This document shows, in pieces, positions 19,076 through 27,198 of a stretch of 64,000 nucleotides of DNA. The notes beneath the pieces were generated by a model. The model did not search any database. It had not been told where the DNA came from and saw only the letters and a list, made by a program, of their open reading frames with translations. Location: contig CAWATD010000006.1 in NCBI GenBank assembly GCA_963784935.1, positions 350,572 through 414,571 on the forward strand. Direction: 5' to 3'. The stretch's first letter is position 1. Every line of letters starts with the position of its first letter. Source of the stretch: an uncultured Acidobacteriota bacterium. Lineage in GTDB: Bacteria > Acidobacteriota > Thermoanaerobaculia > UBA5066 > Gp7-AA6. Position numbers and translations under genes: made by a program.

Positions 19076-19936
19076 TCAGGCTGGTTTCGTCTTCGACCCC
19101 CCGCCCTTGCGGGCGTCGAAGAAGCGTTCGAACTCCTTGATTCCCCTTCCGGTCAGAAACGGTTCGGCGAAGCGGGCGATGTCTGCGCGCAGGCGCCGGA
19201 ACGCGTCGAGGGGGTCCTTCGACAGCCCGGGATACCGCATCCGGCCCGATGCCTGCAGGCAGTCCATGTAATCGGGGTGGAGCATGCGCCGCTCGCCCGT
19301 GGACCACAGGCCGATCCCGACGCCCGAACGCACCTGGAGCTCGAGAGCACGACCCCGGCGGGCGAAGCGTCCGACGGCGACCATGCGGTCGTCCGACTCC
19401 TCCTCGCGCACGCCGCCGAACTTGAAGCCGTACGGCCGCAGCGCGTCCCCGAGGATGTGAGCCCCCGCCTCGAGCAGGGCCGCGTCCTTGCGCCTGGGGT
19501 GCGAGCGCCGCAGCGCCTCCATCATTGCGTCGATCCGCTGGCGCAGGTCATCGCGGGTGGCGCGAAAGGCGGCCGTGCGCCGGGCGGGGTCGCCGGTCAC
19601 GAAACTCGGATCCTCGATCGACCAGTGAACGAGGTGCCGGGCTCCGGGCCAGGTCGGGCAGTCGGCGGCGGCGGAGTCGCAGACGGTGACCACGAGGTCG
19701 AACTCCTGCTCGCGAAACTCATCGGCCGATTTCGAATGGGCCTCTTCCATCCCGAAGCCGAGCTCTTCGATGGCCGTGATGGCGAGTGGATGGACGAATC
19801 CGGCCGGCCGGGAGCCAGCCGACACGGGATCGAGCAGGTCGGGATAGTCGATCCGCGCCAGGGCCTCGGACATCTGGCTGCGCGCCGCGTTACCGGTGCA
19901 GAGAAAAAGGATCCGTTTCGGGCGTTCCGGCGTCAC
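19076..19936 (-). CDS. LMW-PTP / thioredoxin-type arsenate reductase domain fused to a ~150-aa C-terminal domain of unknown function
   Basis: P-loop ILFLCTGNAARSQ (CX5R-S) and VTVCDSAAADCP (ArsC-like Cys pair). Start is uncertain: GTG 19936 is chosen; the track ORF start at 20131 would overlap ftsK. Confidence 0.7.
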   Translation of the reverse strand: MTPERPKRILFLCTGNAARSQMSEALARIDYPDLLDPVSAGSRPAGFVHPLAITAIEELGFGMEEAHSKSADEFREQEFDLVVTVCDSAAADCPTWPGARHLVHWSIEDPSFVTGDPARRTAAFRATRDDLRQRIDAMMEALRRSHPRRKDAALLEAGAHILGDALRPYGFKFGGVREEESDDRMVAVGRFARRGRALELQVRSGVGIGLWSTGERRMLHPDYMDCLQASGRMRYPGLSKDPLDAFRRLRADIARFAEPFLTGRGIKEFERFFDARKGGGSKTKPA

Positions 19937-20078
19937 GCCCCATTTATACCGCCGATCGGCGCAGGGGAAGGAAACTCGACCAGCCTCGTCCGGATCGGGC
20001 GTCACGTCTGCCGCGATCCGGCCCGCTTCCGGGCGCTCGAGTGGCCCTTTCGGCCTTTCCGCCTGATAATGGCTGAGA

Positions 20079-22409
20079 TTGAGCGAAACACCGTTCCGCA
20101 AGAGCCGTCTGGCGAGCGAGGCGATCGGCATCCTCCTGCTGCTCGCCGGGGTCCTCGCCGTTCTGTCCCTCTTCTCCTACGATCCGCACGACCCGAGCAT
20201 CTTTTCCTGGACGGCCGGGGGAGAGGCCGCCAGCCCGAATAACTGGATCGGCGGTTTCGGGGCGTCGCTGGCGGCGGCTCTCTATGCCCTCTTCGGCCTG
20301 GCCGCCTGGGCGGTGACGGGCGTGATCTTTCTGCTCGGCTGGCGGCGATTCTGGGCGCGGCCGCTGCCGAACCCGGGCACCAAGGCCGCGGGGCTGCTGT
20401 TGCTCGTGTTCTCCGTTCCGATGCTCTTGTCTCTGGCGTTCGGCAGGCGCAAGCTCTACGGCGAGGAGATGGAGACGGGGGGGATCGTCGGGCGCGCCCT
20501 GGCGGACGCGTTCCGCGGCCGTGTCGGAACGACCGGCGCGGTGCTGCTCGCGATCACGTTCGTGGTCCTGGCGGTGCCGCTGGCGACCCAGGTTTCGCTC
20601 GGGGACGTCTTCCTGAGGCTGCGCGTGCGTTTCGCCGGGGTGATCGGCAGGCTGACGGTGGGCTGGGCGCGCCACCGCGACCGTCGGACCAAGGAGCGCC
20701 TGCGCCGGACCGTGGTGACCCGGCACCTCGAGAAGGCGAAGAAGGACCCCGTGTCGCTGGAAGACATCCCGTTCGCTCCGGAGGATGCGCCGCCGATCGT
20801 GCGCGAAGTTCCGGGCCCGGGCAAGTTCTCCATCACGAAGACGAAAGCCGCGGTCAAAGCCAAGGCCGCTTTCCCCGCCGCGCCGAAGAAGAGGCCCGAG
20901 CCGCAGCAGAGCCTGCCGCTCACGCTCGATGGCTACACCCTGCCGCCCGTCTCGCTGCTCGAGAAGCGCGTGGAGGCGGGCGCGATCGACCGCAAGGCGC
21001 TGGCGGAGACAGGGCGGGTGATCGCAGCCAAGTGCGCCGAGTTCGGCGTCGAGGGCGAGGTCACGGAGTACCACCCGGGGCCGGTCGTCACGACGTACGA
21101 GTTCCGGCCCGCGGCGGGCATCAAGGTCAACCAGGTCATGGGGCTCTCGGAAGACCTCGCGCTGGCGCTGTCGGCGGAGTCCATCCGCGTCGAGCGTCTG
21201 CCGGGGCGCGCGAGCGTCGGCATCGAGGTCCCCAACCCGGGCGGGGGCGAGATCATCGCCATCCGCGACGTGGTCGAGTCCGAGCGGTTCCAGAGCTCGC
21301 GCTCGCCGCTGACGCTCGCCCTCGGCAAGGACATCCATGGCGAGCCGGTCGTGGACGACCTGCGCGCGATGCCGCACCTCCTGATCGCCGGCACGACCGG
21401 ATCGGGCAAGAGCGTGGGGATCAACTCGCTCATCACGTCCATCCTGTACAAGTCCTCGCCCGACAAGGTGAAGCTCATCCTCATCGATCCGAAGATGGTC
21501 GAGCTCGAGATGTACGAGAGCCTGCCGCACCTGGCGACTCCGATCATCACGGACCCCAAGAAGGCTGCCAACGCTCTGCGGTGGGCGGTCGCCCAGATGG
21601 AGGAGCGCTTCCAGACGCTTTCAGACTTCGGCCAGGTCCGCAACGCCGAGCAGTACAACGCGGCGATCAAGGACCCGGAGGCCGTGGCCCGCGTGCGCGC
21701 GCAGCATCCCGAGGACCCCGATCTCAAGCTCGAGCCGATGCCGCTGATCGTGATCGTCATCGACGAGCTGGCCGACCTCATGATGACGGCACCCAAGGAG
21801 GTCGAGGAATCCATCGTCCGGATCGCGCAGAAGGCCCGTGCCGTGGGCATCCACCTCGTCGTCGCCACCCAGCGGCCGTCCGTGGACGTGCTGACCGGCG
21901 TGATCAAGGCGAACCTGCCATCGCGCATCGCCTTCAAGGTGTCCTCCAAGACCGACTCGCGGGTCATTCTGGACGGGAACGGCGCGGAGCGGCTCCTCGG
22001 GCGCGGCGACATGCTGTTCCTGGCGCCCGGGACCTCGCGCTTGAAGCGCGTGCATGGCGCGTACGTCTCGGTCCAGGAGACCGCGCAGGTCGTGAAGTTC
22101 CTGAGGAAGCAGGCCAAGCCCCAGTTCGACGAGGAAATCACGAAGGACCGCAGCGAATCCCTCGCGCGCGACGACGCCGGGGACGAGATGGACCCGCTGT
22201 ACGACGAGGCCGCGCGGCTCGTCGTGCGGGAGAAGATGGCGTCGATCTCGTTCCTGCAGCGGCGCATGGGCGTGGGGTTCTCGCGCGCCGGCAAGCTCAT
22301 CGACATGATGTCCCGCGACGGCCTGCTCGGGCCGCCCCGGGGCTCGAAGCCCCGCGAGGTCCTCGTCGCGGACGACTACTTCGCGGAAGTGGACCGCCAG
22401 CCGCGATGA
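20079..22409 (+). CDS. ftsK: DNA translocase FtsK
   Basis: 776 aa, TTG start. N-terminal TM helices, Walker A GTTGSGKS, and the C-terminal gamma domain ISFLQRRMGVGFSRAGKLID. Confidence 0.95.
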   Translation: MSETPFRKSRLASEAIGILLLLAGVLAVLSLFSYDPHDPSIFSWTAGGEAASPNNWIGGFGASLAAALYALFGLAAWAVTGVIFLLGWRRFWARPLPNPGTKAAGLLLLVFSVPMLLSLAFGRRKLYGEEMETGGIVGRALADAFRGRVGTTGAVLLAITFVVLAVPLATQVSLGDVFLRLRVRFAGVIGRLTVGWARHRDRRTKERLRRTVVTRHLEKAKKDPVSLEDIPFAPEDAPPIVREVPGPGKFSITKTKAAVKAKAAFPAAPKKRPEPQQSLPLTLDGYTLPPVSLLEKRVEAGAIDRKALAETGRVIAAKCAEFGVEGEVTEYHPGPVVTTYEFRPAAGIKVNQVMGLSEDLALALSAESIRVERLPGRASVGIEVPNPGGGEIIAIRDVVESERFQSSRSPLTLALGKDIHGEPVVDDLRAMPHLLIAGTTGSGKSVGINSLITSILYKSSPDKVKLILIDPKMVELEMYESLPHLATPIITDPKKAANALRWAVAQMEERFQTLSDFGQVRNAEQYNAAIKDPEAVARVRAQHPEDPDLKLEPMPLIVIVIDELADLMMTAPKEVEESIVRIAQKARAVGIHLVVATQRPSVDVLTGVIKANLPSRIAFKVSSKTDSRVILDGNGAERLLGRGDMLFLAPGTSRLKRVHGAYVSVQETAQVVKFLRKQAKPQFDEEITKDRSESLARDDAGDEMDPLYDEAARLVVREKMASISFLQRRMGVGFSRAGKLIDMMSRDGLLGPPRGSKPREVLVADDYFAEVDRQPR

Positions 22410-22786
22410 CGCGCGCCATGCGCTCGCTCGTTTTCGCCGTCGTCGTCGCGCCGTTTCTGGTCTACGGGGTCTACCGGCTGGCGCGCGGCCTCGGTTTCCT
22501 CGATCCCCCGTGGAACCGGGAGCACGAAGAGCGCCGCACGATCGTCGCGGCGATCTACGCTCTCCTCCTCTTCCTGTGCATCTTCCTGTTCGGCTACGCG
22601 AATGCGTGGCCCCGCGTCTGGGCGATCTTCGGCATCGTCAACGCGGCCGCGCTCGTGTTCTTCCTGGCGCTCGGCGTCGCCGCCGCCCGCAGGCTCTGGA
22701 AGCTGCGCCATCCGGCGACCGATGTCCCCGCGGCGGCTCTTGCGGCACAAGCCCCGGACGGCGAAGGCGAGAAGCCGCTGCTCTGA
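22406..22786 (+). CDS. small membrane protein (hypothetical)
   Basis: ATG overlaps the ftsK stop (ATGA). 126 aa with three hydrophobic helices. Confidence 0.55.
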   Translation: MTRAMRSLVFAVVVAPFLVYGVYRLARGLGFLDPPWNREHEERRTIVAAIYALLLFLCIFLFGYANAWPRVWAIFGIVNAAALVFFLALGVAAARRLWKLRHPATDVPAAALAAQAPDGEGEKPLL

Positions 22787-22823
22787 CTCTTCGAGTCGCC
22801 TCACGACGCAGGACCCAAGACCC

Positions 22824-23765
22824 ATGACCCCCCTTCGCGTCGTCTTCTTCGGCACTCCGGACTTCGCCGTGCCGTCGCTCGCGGCGCTGCTCGACGCGGG
22901 CTTCGCGGTGCCGCTCGTCGTGACGCAGCCCGACCGGCCGGTGGGCCGCCACGCCGCGCCGCGTCCGTCGGCCGTCGCGGCTTTCGCGGCCGGGCGCGGG
23001 ATCCCGGTCGAGAAACCGGCGGCCGTGCGCGGCAACGCCGGGTTGTTCGAGACCCTTTCGGCCGCACGCCCCGACGCCATCGCCGTCGTCGCGTTCGGTC
23101 GCATCCTTCCGGCCGAGATCCTGCGCCTGCCCCCGATGGGTTGCCTGAACGTGCATGCGTCGCTGCTGCCACGGCACCGCGGCGCCTCGCCGATCCAGGC
23201 GGCGATCCTCGCGGGGGATTCCGAGACGGGTGTGGCCGCCATGCGGTTGGAGGAGGGCCTCGACACCGGCCCGGTCTACCTCGAGCGGCGCGTGCGGATC
23301 GGGGAAAAGGAGACGGCGGGAGGGCTCTCTTCCCGGCTCGCGACGATGGGCGGCGAGCTGCTCGTCGAGACGCTCCGCGGACTTGCCGCCGGAAAGCTGT
23401 CCGCGCGGCCGCAGGAGGGGGAGCCGTCGTTCTGCCGGCCGATCCGCCGCGAAGACGCAGCCATCGACTGGACGCGCAGCGCCGGCGAGCTGTCGCGGCG
23501 CCTGCGCGCCTACACGCCGTGGCCGGGCCTGTACACCTTCCTCGGGCCCGAGCGTGTGAAGATTCTCGAGGCCGACGTGGACTCGGGAAGCGGTCTCGGA
23601 GAGCCGGGGAGCTTCCGGCTCGAGGGAGGGCGGCTCGTCGCGTCGGCGGGCGAAGGGACGGCGCTCTCGATCGAGCGACTGCAGCGCGCCGGCCGCAGAC
23701 CCGTCGCCGGCGCCGAGTTCGCCCGCTCCGTGCAACTGCCGGGCCGCTTCGAAAGCCCGCGGTGA
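22824..23765 (+). CDS. fmt: methionyl-tRNA formyltransferase
   Basis: 313 aa. Contains RVVFFGTPDFAVPSL, VVTQPDRP and NVHASLLPRHRGASPIQ. Confidence 0.9.
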   Translation: MTPLRVVFFGTPDFAVPSLAALLDAGFAVPLVVTQPDRPVGRHAAPRPSAVAAFAAGRGIPVEKPAAVRGNAGLFETLSAARPDAIAVVAFGRILPAEILRLPPMGCLNVHASLLPRHRGASPIQAAILAGDSETGVAAMRLEEGLDTGPVYLERRVRIGEKETAGGLSSRLATMGGELLVETLRGLAAGKLSARPQEGEPSFCRPIRREDAAIDWTRSAGELSRRLRAYTPWPGLYTFLGPERVKILEADVDSGSGLGEPGSFRLEGGRLVASAGEGTALSIERLQRAGRRPVAGAEFARSVQLPGRFESPR

Positions 23766-23769
23766 ATGT

Positions 23770-25125
23770 GTGAGGCAGCCTGCCGCCGCGACGGCGCGGA
23801 CCCGCGCGGTCGAGGCGCTGCGGGGCGTGCTCGAGAAGTCGCGCAATGCCGCGCCGCTCATCGGGGAGCTCGCGCGCGACCTCGCGCCGGCGGACCAGGA
23901 CCTCCTGCGCGAGCTCGTCCTCGGCGTGCTGCGCTGGAAGTCGGCGCTCGACGCCGAGATCGCCGGGGTCTGCCGCATCCCGATGCAGAAGCTCATTCCG
24001 AGCCTGCGGGAGATCATGGAAGTCGCGCTGTATCAGCTGCGCCATCTCGATCGGGTCCCTCCGTATGCGGCGGTCAGCGCCGCGGTGGACCAGGCGCGGG
24101 CGGCCGGTGGCGAAGGCGCGTCGAAGCTCGTCAACGGCGTCCTGCGCAACATCGTCCTCCTCCCGCCACCGGCGAAGTCACCGCCGCTGCCCCCGTCGGG
24201 GGGAGCGGTCCGGGGGGAGGGGGGAGTCGCTGCGCAGCTCGCTCGAGACTTCTCGCACCCGACCTTTCTCGTCGAGCGCTGGGTGGCGCGTTTCGGGTAC
24301 CGAAACGACGCGCCGCATCCTCGCCGCCGACAACGCGCCCTCGCGCCTCGACCTGCTGACGAATCCCCGGCGGACCAACCGCGAAGCCCTGCGCTCGGCG
24401 CTCGCCTCCGAGGGTGTCGAGACGGAGCTATCTCCGCTCGCTCCGCTCGCGCTCACGGTCCTGAAGGGCAACCCGCTGCGCTCCGGCCTGCTCGCTGCCG
24501 GCCATTTCAGCGTGCAGGACGTCGGAGCGCAGCTGCTGCCGCTGCTCCTGCCGGAGGGCGAGCTCCTCGTGGACCTGGCCGCGGCGCCCGGGGGCAAGTC
24601 GCTGTCCGCCATCGCGCACGGGCGCGCGCGGTGGACGGCCGCCGTGGACCGCTCCCGGCGGCGCCTCGAGCGCGTCACGGAAAACGCGCGGCGCCTCGGA
24701 GTCCCCGAAGTCCGCGCGCTCGCCGGCGACATCGGCGCGCTGCCGCTGTCGGAGGGCCGGTTCGAGCGCGTTCTTCTCGACGCGCCGTGCAGTGGAACCG
24801 GAACCCTACGAAAGAACCCGGAGATTCGCTACCGCGTCACGGCCGAGGCGATCGACCGCATCGCGCGGTCCAGGAGGAAGCGCTCGTCGCCGCCGCGCGC
24901 CTGCTCGCTCCCGGGGGGTATCTCCTCTACTCGACCTGCAGCCTCGAGGAGGAGGAAAACGAGCGCGTCGTCGCCAGTGCGCTCGCGCGCATGCCCGAGA
25001 TCGAGCCTGCCCCGATCAACGCCGCCGCCCCGCTCGCCCCCTTCATGGACGGGCCCAGGTTCCGCCTCTTTCCGGACGACCGGTGCGACGGCTTCACGGC
25101 CCACCTGCTGCGGCGGCTTCCGTGA
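23770..25125 (+). pseudogene. rsmB: 16S rRNA (cytosine967-C5)-methyltransferase RsmB, interrupted by two compensating 1-nt frameshifts (or two sequence errors)
   Basis: The NusB-like N-terminus (...FSHPTFLVERWVARFG) and the C-terminus (LLAPGGYLLYSTCSLEEEENE) are in the frame of 23770. The methyltransferase core (HFSVQDVGAQLL, DLAAAPGGKS, VLLDAPCSGTGTLRKNPE) is readable only in the frame of ORF 23846..25435, between about 24298 and about 24868. Confidence 0.85.
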
Positions 25126-25132
25126 CCCCCGC

Positions 25133-25877
25133 TCAGCCGGGCTGGTCCTGCTTCGAGGCGCGAGTGGACGCGGGAGCGGGAGCCGGGGAAGCGGCGGCAC
25201 CTTTCACGTCGTCATAGATCCGCCGGATCGTGACCACGCGAGTCCGCCCGCCTTCCATCTTCGTCGTCACGGTGAGGTGCGATCCGTCGGCGGTGATCGA
25301 GAAGCGCCTCGGTCACCTTCGGGCCGGTCTCCGGCTTCGAGACGATCTCGATGCCGGCCGTCCTTCCAGCGCGCCTCCACTTTCGTCTTGCCGCCGTGCG
25401 AGCGTTCCATCTCGATCACGCGTCCATCGGTGTAGACGACGCGCTCGCGTCCGGCGGCGTCCGTGATCGAGAGCATCGGCTCGGAGTGGGAGATCTTGAG
25501 CGTCTCGAGCGCGGACAGGGCCTCGAAGTCCGGCGACCGCTTCGTCACCGGCCGCGGAGCCGGAGCCCGAACCGTGTCGACCGCCCGAACCGGCGGACGA
25601 TCCCATCCCTCCCATTCCTCCGGAACCGCCGCCGCCGGGCCCGCGGCCGCCTCCGCCGCCGTGGCCCCCGCCGTGTCCTCCGCCTCCCGCAGGCCCACCA
25701 GCCGCCGGGCGCCGCGGCCCGGGCCTCTTCCATGACTTTCTTCGGATCGTCGCTCGCGTCCTTGTTGAGCTGCCAGGTTCCGCTCAGGTTCGGCATGTCG
25801 AGCGCGCGCAGGAAGAGGCTCGCTCCGACCGCGAGGCCAAACAGCGCCAGCGTCCGAGGATTCAGCGGTTGTTTCAC
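25133..25877 (-). pseudogene. secreted Gly-rich-linker protein, reading frame broken about 4 times
   Basis: The protein-like sequence hops between frames. Signal plus NLSGTWQLNKDASDDPKKVMEE (from GTG 25877); a GGGGHGGGHGGGGG... linker; PVTKRSPDFEALSALETLKISHSEPMLSITDAAGRERVVYTDGRVIEMERSHGGKTKVEARWKDG; GIEIVSKPETGPKVTEA; FSITADGSHLTVTTKMEGGRTRVVTIRRIYDDV..., ending at TGA (25133-25135). Confidence 0.6.
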
Positions 25878-25969
25878 GTGTCCTCCCGAATCCTAAACGC
25901 GGAGAAGCGCGGATCGGTTACAGGGCCTGCCGGATTCAATTCCACGCGCGTGAGCGCTCTCGAGCGAGT

Positions 25970-26251
25970 CCGATGGAAGCGCCTGGGCGCCGCCACGTCC
26001 ACCACCAGTAGGTCGTGCGCGTCGCGGACCGCGAGGGGGTGAAGCGGCGGCTGGCCGAACGGGGCGTCGCGAGCTCGGTCTTCTACCCGGACCGCTCCAC
26101 CTCCAGAAGTGCTTCGCAGGGCTGGGCGGCCGGGAAGGCGACTTCCCGCAGGCCGAGCGGGCCGCGAAGGAAGTGCTCGCGCTGCCAAACTTTTCCGAGC
26201 TGACGGATGCGGAAGTCGAGAGGTGCGGAGTCCCTGGTGGCGAGCGTGTAA
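25970..26251 (+). pseudogene. 5'-truncated relic of a DegT/DnrJ/EryC1-type aminotransferase
   Basis: Reads [34 protein letters not shown] | [42 protein letters not shown] | ..AESLVASV*. That is an in-frame TAG at 26009-26011 plus two frame changes (about 26090 and about 26221). It parallels the C-terminus of the intact paralog at 27195-28331. Confidence 0.6.
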
Positions 26252-26259
26252 CGCCGCCC

Positions 26260-27198
26260 CTACGGGTCCGGGGAGCCGGTCCTCTCGAGCACGAGATAAC
26301 CCTTCCTGGCTCTCGCGGCGTCGAGGGTGCGCCAGAGGTACTCGCCGAGGATTCCGAGCGAGAGGAGCTGGACTCCCGAGAAGAAGGCGAGCGCGACCAT
26401 GAGCGAGGTCCAGCCCTGGATCGGCAGGCCGTGGACCACCTTGTAGGCAACGAGAAAGACCGCGTAACCGAAGGCGAGCAGCGCAAGGATGGCGCCCGCG
26501 ACCGACATCCAGCGCAGCGGCGCATAGGAGAAGGAAATGACGGCGTCGAGGAAGTACTTGAGCTTCTTCGTGAACGTCCAGCGTGACTCGCCGTCTTCGC
26601 GGGCGAGACGGTCGTAGGGAACGAGCGCGGTCGGAAACCCGCCCCAGAGAATAAGGCCCGGAAGCGACGTGTGCACCTCTCCGGCCTCGACCAGAAAGTC
26701 GACCGCGGATCGGCCGATCAGGAAGCAGTCGAACCCTCCCGCGGGCATCTGGGAGAAGGCGAGGCGCCGTAGCGCCCGGTAGTAGAAACCCGCCGCAGCA
26801 CGGGTCGCGAAGCCTTCGGGGCGGCTGCGCCGTACGGCGAGGACGGCGGTCGCGCCGCGGCGCCATGCGGCGACCATCTCCGGGAGAAGCTCCGGAGGTT
26901 CCTGGAGATCGGCCGAAAGCACTGCGACGGCTTCTCCCTTCGCCTCGCGCAGGCCGGCCATGATCGCCATCTGCGAGCCGAAGTTGCGGGTCAATCGGAG
27001 GCCGCGCGCGGCGGGCCAGTCCCGGGCGATCGCCTCGATGCGCGGCCACGATTGGTCTGCCGAGCCGTCGTCCACGAAAAGGACTTCGAGATCGTGGTCC
27101 GACGCCGCGGCGACCTTCTTCAGCCGCTCGGCCAGGCGCGGCAGGCTCTCCGCGTTGAAGTAGACGGGGACGACGACCGACACGAGCTCGCGCGTCAT
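26260..27198 (-). CDS. GT2 polyprenyl-phosphate glycosyltransferase (GtrB/ArnC-like)
   Basis: 312 aa. Contains [18 protein letters not shown] and [10 protein letters not shown], plus two C-terminal TM helices as in GtrB/ArnC. Confidence 0.85.
   Translation of the reverse strand: MTRELVSVVVPVYFNAESLPRLAERLKKVAAASDHDLEVLFVDDGSADQSWPRIEAIARDWPAARGLRLTRNFGSQMAIMAGLREAKGEAVAVLSADLQEPPELLPEMVAAWRRGATAVLAVRRSRPEGFATRAAAGFYYRALRRLAFSQMPAGGFDCFLIGRSAVDFLVEAGEVHTSLPGLILWGGFPTALVPYDRLAREDGESRWTFTKKLKYFLDAVISFSYAPLRWMSVAGAILALLAFGYAVFLVAYKVVHGLPIQGWTSLMVALAFFSGVQLLSLGILGEYLWRTLDAARARKGYLVLERTGSPDP

Noticed and set aside
25560-25720. GGC/GGN-rich low-complexity tract
   Set aside because: It encodes the Gly-rich linker of the broken secreted protein. 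It is not a discrete DNA tandem repeat with a definable unit.
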